Positions 30,030 to 38,653 of a stretch of 64,000 bases of DNA are shown here, piece by piece. The translations under genes and the position numbers were made by a program. Every line of letters starts with the position of its first letter. The stretch's first letter is position 1. Below the pieces are notes generated by a model, which was given only the letters and a program-made list of their open reading frames with translations, did no database searches and was not told where the DNA came from. The DNA comes from Candidatus Zixiibacteriota bacterium (GTDB taxonomy: Bacteria; Zixibacteria; MSB-5A5; SM1-73): the NCBI GenBank assembly GCA_049694315.1, contig JBAVQU010000023.1:1135-65134 (forward strand). The letters are read 5' to 3'.

Positions 30030-32255
30030 TTAGTATCCTTTTAGTTTTTGTAATTGTGCCACCAGGTCGCTGTTTTCCGGAAAGAACCGGAGGGACTTTT
30101 CCCATTCGTCGATGGCTTTGAGCCTGTAACTATCATCGCCCCTCTGATCACCCAAGCCAAGATACACTACGCCCAGCTGCTGATGGATGAGGAAATCCGT
30201 GGGATGGAATTTCGCCGCCCGCTCCAGCGACTGAGCAGATTTGTCCAACCTCTTTGAGTTGTAATACAGACCCGCCAGCATCTGGTAGCCACTCTGGTTG
30301 TCCGGATGCTCGGAGACAAACTTTTCAAAGAAAATCACCGCCGAGTCTGCTTGTCCTTTTTCCGTCAGCATCTTAGCTTTCTCAAAATCCGACAGAGAGT
30401 ATTTCTCGGTTTCCGAATTCGCGGTCCATTCGGCTATTCTGTATACGTCAACCTGGATGTTCCTTAATACGTAAGTTGCAACTATGTGGGCTTTGTTCAT
30501 GATATCCGGATAATCCTGGAACGCCCGATCCCGGTTTCCTCCTCTTTCTAAGGCCAGATGAGTGATAGGATAGGTGCGGAACAGCTGCGGGTCAGGTTTG
30601 GTGACCCCAAACATGTGGATGATGTCTCTTAGGTTATTGTCCCAGGCCAAAGCTGGGCCGTAAGGACCGGAAAGCACGGCTTCCTTGCTCAGGATAGCTC
30701 CCAAATCCAGGGATGCTTTGTTTAGCGAATAGGTGGGGGAAGAAGCCCAGCTTACGTACTGCCAGACATTGACCACCAGAGATGCCAGCAACAAAACAAG
30801 CGTCACCACCCACCTGAATTCTGTCCGCCGTCCGAGGTCCGCCGTCCGCTGACCGCCGCTCCCCTTCGATCTGGCAAATCTTAGGTAGAGCAGCACTCCT
30901 GAGAACAGGGTGATAACGAAAGAGAAAACCAGTGAGCTGGTCAACTGCATCTGCTTTCTGCTCAGAGTATAGAAGGTTACAATGACATAATTTACAAAAA
31001 AGCTGACGGCAACGACAAAAACCAACCAGAACAAAACTCCCAGACGGGAATTTCGTTTTGAATCAGAAGGGCGCAGAAAAGAATCTAACCATAGCCCGGA
31101 GAGAGCGCACAGGGGAGGAATCAGATATAACTGGTAGCGCAGGGGTCGATAGTTTAGGGCCATCAAAACGAAAAAACCGATAAGAAACCAGAGAACCAGA
31201 AAAAGCTTTGCTGCGGATCGATGGTCTCTGTGCCCGATCAATTCCTTGATGGAAGAACGATTCAAGAAAAACGATAAAAGACCCAGAAATGACAAGACAA
31301 AGGCCACCGGCATCCGGTAGAAAAGATCCGTTCCGAAGGTATACAAGGAGGTGATGAATCCCGAGATGGATTGGAATGCTTTTGGAAAACCATAGAGGCC
31401 TAATGCCTGCTCTCCCAAGTAGCCCGCCACCTCCCTTTTCGCGGGCAGATAACTGAAAAACAGCCAGAATAAGGCGACGGCCACAAAACCGCAGCCCCAG
31501 AGGATCAGTGGCTTGTAGTCTATCTTGCGGTCGGACGAAGAGAAATTCTGAAACATCCCGAAAAGCAGAACGGCCAAACAAGCGGGCAGGATGAATGCCG
31601 CCATGGTCTTCCCAAAGAAAATCCCGCCGGCAAAGCAGACGCCCGAAGGGATCAAAAACAGATTCGTCTTGAAGGAGGAGACCAGGAAATAGAATCCCAA
31701 AACCAAAAGAAATATTGCGGATATTTCCAAGAAAGGATTCCGTCCGTACATGACGAAAACAAAGTTTATCCCCAGAAAGAATAGAGACAAGAATGCCGTT
31801 CTCTTGCTGAAAACCTTTTTCAGCGCGAGGAAGAAAAAGATCATGGTCAAAAGATTCAACAATACCGCAACCAGATTGGCCTGGAACCTGCCCGTGCCGA
31901 ACAGCAAAAAGACTGCATAAGAGAAAACCGTGGTAAACGATTTCAGGAAGAAAATGAAGCGGTTGTGCCCGAAAAGATCGAAGCTTCCCCAGAGTGCTTT
32001 GTTCCTGGCAAAATCGGTATATTGCGGCGGGTCCGTGGCCACGTCCTGGCTCCAGGAGATGTGGGGCGGATCGGCGCTTAGGAAGAGCACACCACCCAGA
32101 AGAGCCAGTCCTAAGATACAGCAGAAAAGCAAAACCTCAAAGATTCTCGAAGAAAAGAAGGGATTCTTGAAGAATTCCGCCAGACCTGATCTCTTCTCCC
32201 TGACTTCCTTGGGTCTCTGACCCTGTTTTTTTTCTTTCTTGCTTTGCGATTTCAT
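30030..32255 (-). CDS. Polytopic membrane protein with C-terminal TPR repeats (GT39/PMT_2-like glycosyltransferase candidate)
   Basis: 741 aa. N-terminal two-thirds is multi-TM. The C-terminus has TPR-like repeats (YQMLAGLYYNSKRLDKSAQSLERAAKFHP...LGVVYLGLGD...AIDEWEKSLRFFPEN). Confidence 0.55.
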   Translation of the reverse strand: MKSQSKKEKKQGQRPKEVREKRSGLAEFFKNPFFSSRIFEVLLFCCILGLALLGGVLFLSADPPHISWSQDVATDPPQYTDFARNKALWGSFDLFGHNRFIFFLKSFTTVFSYAVFLLFGTGRFQANLVAVLLNLLTMIFFFLALKKVFSKRTAFLSLFFLGINFVFVMYGRNPFLEISAIFLLVLGFYFLVSSFKTNLFLIPSGVCFAGGIFFGKTMAAFILPACLAVLLFGMFQNFSSSDRKIDYKPLILWGCGFVAVALFWLFFSYLPAKREVAGYLGEQALGLYGFPKAFQSISGFITSLYTFGTDLFYRMPVAFVLSFLGLLSFFLNRSSIKELIGHRDHRSAAKLFLVLWFLIGFFVLMALNYRPLRYQLYLIPPLCALSGLWLDSFLRPSDSKRNSRLGVLFWLVFVVAVSFFVNYVIVTFYTLSRKQMQLTSSLVFSFVITLFSGVLLYLRFARSKGSGGQRTADLGRRTEFRWVVTLVLLLASLVVNVWQYVSWASSPTYSLNKASLDLGAILSKEAVLSGPYGPALAWDNNLRDIIHMFGVTKPDPQLFRTYPITHLALERGGNRDRAFQDYPDIMNKAHIVATYVLRNIQVDVYRIAEWTANSETEKYSLSDFEKAKMLTEKGQADSAVIFFEKFVSEHPDNQSGYQMLAGLYYNSKRLDKSAQSLERAAKFHPTDFLIHQQLGVVYLGLGDQRGDDSYRLKAIDEWEKSLRFFPENSDLVAQLQKLKGY

Positions 32256-32394
32256 GTTCGAAAGTGTCTGCGAGTCCTCTCTCTGTTTCCCGATCCGCGG
32301 CAGGAGTTCTTTCGCCTAGCCAAGGTTTTACTTTGTCCTGACCTTGGTCGAAGGATGCCCTGGTTTGTAAGCCATAAAGGTTGGCCTGCGCGTC

Positions 32395-33114
32395 CTACTT
32401 CTTAATCCTTAACCAGAGATAAAACAATGGCTTGACGATAGGCCACCAGTCTAAAAACGGTCTGATCTTGGAATACTTCTTTTTGGAAGGGTAAATCTTG
32501 GAAACCGGCACCTCGTCAAATCTGTACTTCAGCTTGAGAACCCAGAAATGAATGTAGTATTCCAGCTCATAGGTGGAAAGCCATTCCTGCCAGATGTTTA
32601 TCCTAGGGTTATCGAACAGGGCGACCTTGTAAGCCCGGAAGCCATTGGTCACATCCGTCAGTTTTCGCCACAGAAACAAAGACCACAAGAAGGTAAAAGC
32701 CTTTATTCCCACTCTCCGGGCTAAAGGGAGATTTCCTGCTTCCCCCCCCTCCAAATATCTCGACCCTTGAATGTAATCGTAATCCTGCTCGATGATCGGC
32801 TTGAGCAGAATAGGTATCTGCTTAGGATCGTCCTTCCCGTTCCCGGCCATCACCACCACCAGTTGGAAGCCGTTTTTTCGAGCGTAATCGATTCCGTCCC
32901 GGATGGAGCTTCCCACCCCCTGTCTTTGAGGGTGAGTGAGGGTCTCCACCCCAAAGCCTCCTATTACCTCCGGGGTGCTGTCCGTGGAGCCATCGTTCAC
33001 CACCAAGACTTTGTCAACCGGCACTCCCTGGAATCTCTCCAGGACGGTTTTGATCCTGATTTCCTCATTATAAACCGGAATGATCACCAGGGTCCTAAAT
33101 TTCTTCTCTTCCAA
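32395..33114 (-). CDS. Family 2 glycosyltransferase
   Basis: LVIIPVYNEEIRI, VLVVNDGSTDST. Confidence 0.8.
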   Translation of the reverse strand: MEEKKFRTLVIIPVYNEEIRIKTVLERFQGVPVDKVLVVNDGSTDSTPEVIGGFGVETLTHPQRQGVGSSIRDGIDYARKNGFQLVVVMAGNGKDDPKQIPILLKPIIEQDYDYIQGSRYLEGGEAGNLPLARRVGIKAFTFLWSLFLWRKLTDVTNGFRAYKVALFDNPRINIWQEWLSTYELEYYIHFWVLKLKYRFDEVPVSKIYPSKKKYSKIRPFLDWWPIVKPLFYLWLRIKK

Positions 33115-33178
33115 ACTTCAACTCCAAGATGAAAACGAAGACTCATAATGTATTCTTGGGATTTGCCCAAAGAATCAA

Positions 33179-33210
33179 ACCTTGAGCCGGGATGAATTCC
33201 CGCCTCAAGG
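33179..33210 (-). terminator. Hairpin downstream of the aminotransferase gene (terminator candidate)
   Basis: CCTTGAGCCGGGATGAATTCCCGCCTCAAGG, a 7+4 bp stem with an ATGAATT loop. It lies about 95 nt 3' of the stop at 33305 on the minus strand. There is no clear U-tract. Confidence 0.3.
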
Positions 33211-33304
33211 TCTGACGGCGCCTCGTCTGAGTCAAATGACCCGTGACTCCTGAATTAGTCTCCCCTCATCCTACCCTCTCCCCAAGGGGAGTGGGATTCT
33301 CAGC

Positions 33305-34414
33305 TTACGCTTTACCGTAGAATTCCTTGATGCATTCCGCCGTATACTTTATCTGCTCCTCGGTCAGCTCGGCAAACATGGGAAGCGACAGAATCTCGTC
33401 CACGCATTTCTCGGTGACGGGGAAACTTCCCTTTTTGTATCCTAAGAAGCCATAAGCATTCTGAAGATGTATGGGTATGGGATAGTGGATGTTGGTGAAT
33501 ACGCCCTTCTGCTTGAGGAAATCTATCAGCTTTTCCCGGTTCTTCACTCTGACGCTGAAGACGTGATAAACGTGCTGGGCAAAAGGCATCTCTTCCGGCA
33601 GTCCCACGCTGGTTCCTTTGAGATATTTCCTGTAAAGGTCGGCGTTTTTCCTTCTCTTTTCGTTCCACTGGTCCAAGTGATTCAGCTTGACGGAGAGAAC
33701 CGCACCCTGGATTCCTTCCAGTCGACAGTTGTTGCCGATGTATTCATGGTAGAACTTCTTAGCGGAACCGTGATCCCTCAACATCTTGATTTTCTGCGCC
33801 ATCTCGTCGGAGTTGGTGGTAACCGCTCCACCCTCCCCGTATGCTCCCAAGTTCTTTCCGGGATAGAAGCTGAAACACCCGGCCACGCCCAAGCTTCCGG
33901 CCCTCCTCCCCTTATACCAGGCGCCGTGCGCCTGGCAGGCGTCCTCAATCACTGCCACCTTCTTCTTTGCTGCTGTCTGGAGTATGGGGTCCATATCCGC
34001 CGGCTGTCCGTAGAGATGCACCGGAATTACTGCTTTGGTTTTGCCGGTGATGGCTCCCTCGAGTTTTGTCGGATCTAAGTTGTAGCTTTTCTCTTCTATG
34101 TCCACGAAGACCGGTTTGGCCCCTACCAGGGAGATGGCTTCGGCGGTGGCTATGAAGGTATTGGGGGTGGTAATCACCTCATCGCCTTCCCCGATCCCTA
34201 AGGCCTGTAATGCCATAATCAGGGCAGAGGTACCGGAATTGATTCCCAGACAGTATTTGACCCCGCAGTAGGTGGCGAATTTCTTCTCGAAATCCTCCAC
34301 CGCCTTACCCAGAACGAAAGCCGTGTTGGAAATCACCCCCTCGATTGCCTGATCAATCTCCGGTTTGATGGTCTGATATTGCGCCTTTAGATCAACAAAA
34401 TTCACCTGCATCAA
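33305..34414 (-). CDS. DegT/DnrJ/EryC1/StrS-family PLP-dependent sugar aminotransferase (WbpE-like)
   Basis: 369 aa with family-typical segments NFVDLKAQYQ, GINSGTSAL and VIPVHLYGQPADMD. Confidence 0.9.
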   Translation of the reverse strand: MMQVNFVDLKAQYQTIKPEIDQAIEGVISNTAFVLGKAVEDFEKKFATYCGVKYCLGINSGTSALIMALQALGIGEGDEVITTPNTFIATAEAISLVGAKPVFVDIEEKSYNLDPTKLEGAITGKTKAVIPVHLYGQPADMDPILQTAAKKKVAVIEDACQAHGAWYKGRRAGSLGVAGCFSFYPGKNLGAYGEGGAVTTNSDEMAQKIKMLRDHGSAKKFYHEYIGNNCRLEGIQGAVLSVKLNHLDQWNEKRRKNADLYRKYLKGTSVGLPEEMPFAQHVYHVFSVRVKNREKLIDFLKQKGVFTNIHYPIPIHLQNAYGFLGYKKGSFPVTEKCVDEILSLPMFAELTEEQIKYTAECIKEFYGKA

Positions 34415-34561
34415 ATCCTCCTTCGGTTTTTCGCCGGAATCGCTACATTTTCGACTTAAGATAAGACATTGCCCTCAGAAGTCAAGCTCGAAAAAGCCGA
34501 CACCCCACTGCTGGGGTGGGGTGCGGGGCCTCTCTTTTCGAAACGCTCTACGTGCCGCTCT

Positions 34562-35254
34562 TTACTTTTTGTACGGCGGCCACACGTAAGGCCTTTCAAA
34601 CGCTCCTATGTAACAGACCAAATCGGTGATCTTTTTGATGACTCTGGCGGGATTGCCGGCTGCCACTGCGTTGGCCGGGATGTCCTTGGTCACCACCGAA
34701 CCGGCGCCCACTAGGGCATTTCTCCCGATTTTCACCCCCGGACAAAGCGTGGAGTGTGCCCCGATTTTCACCAAATCCGCCACCTTCACCCCGCCTTTGC
34801 ACTCTTTGTATTTGGGACAGAGCATGGGATGAGGATCGTCGGTGAAGACCACGTTGGGGCCGAAGAATACGTTGTTTCCAATGGTAACCATCTCCAGAAA
34901 GCACAGGCTATGGATTCGAACATGGTTGCCGATTCGGTTCTCGAACTCCAGGACGGCGTTGGTTCCCACGCTGACATTGTTGCCAATGACGTTGTCCTCG
35001 CGAATGGAGGCCCCTTGGCCGGTTTGGAAGTTGTCTCCGATCTTGTTCCCGGCATAGATGGTGGTGAAAGGACGGATGACCGCATTCTTTCCGATTACCA
35101 GTTTCAGCTCGCCATCCTTTTTCCCGCGGGGAGGCTTGCCCAAAATACAGGGACCTTCGATTACGCTCCCCTCTCCGATTTTGACGTTCTGGTAGATGGT
35201 GCAGTCACCTATGATTTTCACGTTCTTAAACTTGGGCTGGGCTTTGGGGCTCAT
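34562..35254 (-). CDS. Hexapeptide-repeat (left-handed beta-helix) sugar N-acetyltransferase (WbpD/PglD-like)
   Basis: Repeated [LIV]G-x-x-x-x hexapeptide pattern throughout ([32 protein letters not shown]...). ATGA overlap with the upstream dehydrogenase. Confidence 0.85.
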   Translation of the reverse strand: MSPKAQPKFKNVKIIGDCTIYQNVKIGEGSVIEGPCILGKPPRGKKDGELKLVIGKNAVIRPFTTIYAGNKIGDNFQTGQGASIREDNVIGNNVSVGTNAVLEFENRIGNHVRIHSLCFLEMVTIGNNVFFGPNVVFTDDPHPMLCPKYKECKGGVKVADLVKIGAHSTLCPGVKIGRNALVGAGSVVTKDIPANAVAAGNPARVIKKITDLVCYIGAFERPYVWPPYKK

Positions 35255-36255
35255 AGTTGGATTACCTTTCCTTTTTGCTTTACTGATTCGTTAGCGGATT
35301 GCAGAAGCTTAACCACTCTCAGTCCGGCCTGGCCATCGGTCATGGGTTTCCGGTTTTCATTGATGGAGTCGATGAATTCCTTGCACACCAGCTTCAACGC
35401 TTCGGTCGAATCGAGCTTGGGGCACAGCATGTCGCCGGTGCGGTACTGAACCAGAATCTGGTAGACGTCCTCCTTCTTCTCGGTCCAGCTGACTCCCTTG
35501 TCATAGATTTTCACTTTCTCCGAAGGCTCGTTGTCGTCATATACGATCATCTTCTTGGTTCCGCCGATTAAGGTGGTCCTCACCTTGACCGGAGCCAGCC
35601 AGTTCACATGGATATGTCCCAGAACGTTCCCCGGATACTGCACGGTGATGTAGGCGATGTTTTCCAGATCGCCCAAATGAGACACTCCTATGGCCGACAC
35701 CGCCTCCGGTTTCTTCTGCAGAAGATAGTCCATGATCGAAAAATCGTGCGGAGCCAGATCCCATATGACGTTGATATCGTGCTGGAATAGGCCCAAATTC
35801 ACCCGCACGGAGTCGAAGTAGTAGATGTCTCCCAGCTCACCTTTTTGGATGACTTCCTTCATCTTCCTGACTGCGCCGGTATACAGGAACGTGTGATCCA
35901 CCATCAACACCCTCTTTTTCTTCTCGGCCAGCTCAATTAGCTTCTCCGATTCGGCCACGGTGGTGGTCATCGGCTTTTCGAGAAACACATGTTTCCCATT
36001 CTCCAGAGCCTCCTGGGCCAAAGGGAAATGAGCGGAAACGGGGGTGGAGATGACCACACAATCAATCTGAGGATCTTTCATCAGTTCTTTGTAGTCGGTA
36101 GTGGTTTTGACCGAAGGATAGCTGGTTTCCACCAGACCCAGTCTCTCCTTCCTCAGATCGCATACCTTAACCACCTTGGCATCCTTGGTGGCATAGAAAT
36201 TGCGGACCAGATTCGGACCCCAATAACCATAACCGAAAAATCCTACATTGGGCAT
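35251..36255 (-). CDS. Gfo/Idh/MocA-family NAD-dependent sugar dehydrogenase (WbpB-like)
   Basis: N-terminal Rossmann motif [17 protein letters not shown]. Start placed at the Met of MPNVGFFG at 36255, which has an AGAGG RBS. Together with the two downstream genes it forms a dehydrogenase, acetyltransferase, aminotransferase trio. Confidence 0.85.
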   Translation of the reverse strand: MPNVGFFGYGYWGPNLVRNFYATKDAKVVKVCDLRKERLGLVETSYPSVKTTTDYKELMKDPQIDCVVISTPVSAHFPLAQEALENGKHVFLEKPMTTTVAESEKLIELAEKKKRVLMVDHTFLYTGAVRKMKEVIQKGELGDIYYFDSVRVNLGLFQHDINVIWDLAPHDFSIMDYLLQKKPEAVSAIGVSHLGDLENIAYITVQYPGNVLGHIHVNWLAPVKVRTTLIGGTKKMIVYDDNEPSEKVKIYDKGVSWTEKKEDVYQILVQYRTGDMLCPKLDSTEALKLVCKEFIDSINENRKPMTDGQAGLRVVKLLQSANESVKQKGKVIQL

Positions 36256-36355
36256 CGTAACCTCTAAAGTTTGATGGGTTAACCTCTCAAGCAAACACGT
36301 TGGAATTTATACGAAAAAAGCCCAAAAATCAACAACTTTGAACCGGGGAGGAGTT

Positions 36356-37354
36356 TCAGGCAAATAAGTCATAGTTGGTAACTAATTCCCGGCTGAATGC
36401 CTTCTTGGTTTCTTTGTGCTCTTGGAGCGACTCGGCGTCAAATCCTGCCTCCCGGAGGAATTTGGCGAACTCCGGAAAGCCGTGGATGGTATAGACTTTC
36501 TGCGGCCCGGCTTTCTTTACGTATTCCATGAGCTCCAAAAAGTCCGCATGATCGGACAACGGAATGGCCTCATCGGCTCCAAAGCTGTACTTAGCCCCCG
36601 GGTCCACAGCCCAGCCGGTTAATATGGCCAATCTCTTTCGTGGTATGTTCTCGACCATTCGGGTTCTCCTCGCCCAGGGAGGAACGATCAGCACACGCCC
36701 CTGCAAACCCCCAGGGCGATAAGGCTCGTAGTCTTCGAATCTAACCCCAAACTCCTCATAGATTTTGGCCAGGTCGTAGATGGTCCCATGTACGCAAAGC
36801 TTATATCCTTGATTGCCTAGAATCTTCATGGCCTCCTGCGCTTTTCCCAGCGAATAAGCCAAGAATATGGGAGTCTCTGTCCTTCTCTTGGCAGTCTCAA
36901 CAAACTCCTTCATCCAGGCATGCACCTCCTCCGGACGGGGAAAGGTATATTGGGGTAGCCCAAAGGTCGACTCCATGATGAGGATGTCGCATTTTTTGAT
37001 TTCTGCCTTTTGTGCGGTTAAGCTGCGCCTTAGCTTCAGATCCCCGGTGTAGACGATTCTGGCGCCACCGATCCGAACGAGAATTTGTCCTCCTCCCAGG
37101 ATGTGTCCGGAAGGGAATAGCTCCACTTCGACCCCTTCTATCTTTTCCGGCTGGTTGTATTTCAGAATATTGAATTTTGTCTTTCCAAACCGGTGTTCGC
37201 AGAATCTGGCAGTTTCCGGAGTGGACAGGATTTCCTTATGTCTGACGGCATGATCGGTGTGAGCGTGGGAGACAAAAGAGAAGTCCGCTTTCTTGCGGGC
37301 ATCCAGCCATAGGCCGGTTCCTTTTATGTGGATTCCGCGTTTAAACTCGATCAT
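36356..37354 (-). CDS. MBL-fold metallo-hydrolase (beta-CASP / ligase-associated exonuclease-like)
   Basis: HxHxDH motif (SHAHTDHA) near the N-terminus, followed by GGARIVYTGD. Confidence 0.55.
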   Translation of the reverse strand: MIEFKRGIHIKGTGLWLDARKKADFSFVSHAHTDHAVRHKEILSTPETARFCEHRFGKTKFNILKYNQPEKIEGVEVELFPSGHILGGGQILVRIGGARIVYTGDLKLRRSLTAQKAEIKKCDILIMESTFGLPQYTFPRPEEVHAWMKEFVETAKRRTETPIFLAYSLGKAQEAMKILGNQGYKLCVHGTIYDLAKIYEEFGVRFEDYEPYRPGGLQGRVLIVPPWARRTRMVENIPRKRLAILTGWAVDPGAKYSFGADEAIPLSDHADFLELMEYVKKAGPQKVYTIHGFPEFAKFLREAGFDAESLQEHKETKKAFSRELVTNYDLFA

Positions 37355-37444
37355 GAAAAGTGAACCCTCACCCGGGGTCTCAGTTTGATGTCCCGGCGCA
37401 GGATGAATTCCTGCGCCTATGGCGGAGATTGATCTTCAATCATA

Positions 37445-37467
37445 GGGGAGGGCATTTAGCCCTCCCC
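37445..37467 (-). terminator. GC-rich hairpin 3' of the 37534-38016 gene
   Basis: GGGGAGGGC-ATTTA-GCCCTCCCC, a 9-bp perfect stem. A second hairpin, GGCGCAGG-ATGAATT-CCTGCGCC, lies at 37395-37417. Confidence 0.3.
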
Positions 37468-37533
37468 CTCGAATGTAAAACCTCCAGGGAATCTCAAGAC
37501 GCCCACCAGGTCTTCTGATCCGGCGGGAGATTC

Positions 37534-38016
37534 TTAGAGCTTATAGCCAATTTTCCTTAAGAACTGCTTTCTCTCTTTTACCTCGTCCTCGGTCTCCACG
37601 CGCTTGGGCACAAAACCATCTATCGCTCCCATAATTCCGCGTCCTTGTTCGGTCTCGGCTATCACCAACTGCGTGGGATTGGACGTGGCACAAAAGATAC
37701 TGCAGACCTCGGGACAGTTCCTTACCGCATTCAGTACGTTGATCGGGTAAGCGTTCTTGATGAAGACTACGAAGGTGTGACCCGCGCCGATGTCAAAAGC
37801 ACTCTGGGCGGCCAGTCTCTTCAACTCCGGGTCATTCCCTTCCGATCTCACCAGGCAAGGTCCGGAGGCCTCGCAGAAAGCCAGTCCAAATTTGATGCCC
37901 GGCACAGACGCAACCAGAATCTCATATAAATCCTCTGCGGTTTTGATAAAATGCGTTTGTCCCACTATCAGGTTGGCGTTGTCCGGCATCGGAACCTTAT
38001 AGACTCTGAATTCCAT
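37534..38016 (-). CDS. Adenosine-specific-kinase-like (PF04008-type) small protein; tentative
   Basis: 160 aa beginning MEFRVYKVPMPDNANLIVGQTHFIKTAEDLYE...GAGHTFVVFIKNAYPINVLNA. Start at the Met at 38016 with a GGAGGT RBS. Family assignment is from memory of the motif. Confidence 0.45.
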   Translation of the reverse strand: MEFRVYKVPMPDNANLIVGQTHFIKTAEDLYEILVASVPGIKFGLAFCEASGPCLVRSEGNDPELKRLAAQSAFDIGAGHTFVVFIKNAYPINVLNAVRNCPEVCSIFCATSNPTQLVIAETEQGRGIMGAIDGFVPKRVETEDEVKERKQFLRKIGYKL

Positions 38017-38169
38017 GTTTACCTCCGCACATTTGAAAGCCCTCATCAGTTAAGCTTTGCACTTCACATCCACCTTTGTTTGTAAAGTAAGATCAGGGGA
38101 ATAAAAAGCAAGAAAATAAATCAAGCGATAGGTCGGGTTGTCAAAAGGACTACGCAACACTTAGGACTG

Positions 38170-38238
38170 TATTCGCTCCCAGGCGGATGTTATCATCCGC
38201 CTGTTTTTCCGCTGGATGATAACATCCAGCGGGAGCGG
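38170..38238. repeat. Structured double-hairpin element, family D, copy 1
   Basis: TATTCGCTCCCAGGCGGATGTTATCATCCGCCTGTTTTTCCGCTGGATGATAACATCCAGCGGGAGCGGA. Two perfect hairpins (GGCGGATG/CATCCGCC and GCTGGATG/CATCCAGC) sit inside an outer GCTCCC/GGGAGC stem. Confidence 0.7.
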
Positions 38239-38423
38239 AAACTGCTAGAGCTATCCTCCACTTTTGAGCAACTGACAGCGGATGGTCCACTTCGCAATCT
38301 AAAACCGGAAGGACAAAAAGCAAGCGAGTAAATGGAAGCTTCTGGATCGGGTCGGTCCCTTCTCCAGACAAAGGCGGGGTCAGAAAGAATCCGAAGCACT
38401 GCCCGGCACCGAACACTGGTTGT

Positions 38424-38457
38424 CCGAAATCCCGCCTTCGGCGGGAATTTCGGACCT
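38424..38457. repeat. Long hairpin with TTCG tetraloop (GTCCGAAAT...ATTTCGGAC module)
   Basis: GTCCGAAATCCCGCC-TTCG-GCGGGAATTTCGGAC followed by CTACTTTTT. The outer stem sequence GTCCGAAA/TTTCGGAC and the trailing CTAC also occur in the family C repeats at 59734 and 60098. Confidence 0.55.
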
Positions 38458-38555
38458 ACTTTTTGGCGCGTGGCCAAGGCCGGATGTGTTGGATAGACAG
38501 GCCAGGAGGGCCTGCCCACTTGCGGCGTTATTTCTTGGCTTTGATGAGAAGAACT

Positions 38556-38626
38556 ATTCTGCTCCCAGGCGGATGTTATCATCCGCCTGTTTTTCTGCTG
38601 GATGATAACATCCAGCAGGAGCGGAG
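38556..38626. repeat. Structured double-hairpin element, family D, copy 2
   Basis: About 95% identical to copy 1. The only differences (C to T and G to A) fall at paired positions of the second hairpin's extended stem. It is preceded at 38527-38559 by a 33-nt duplicate of the 3' end of the lptF/lptG gene (TTATTTCTTGGCTTTGATGAGAAGAACTATTC). Confidence 0.7.
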
Positions 38627-38653
38627 CCAGGAAGGCGCCCTCTACGTGAAGCG

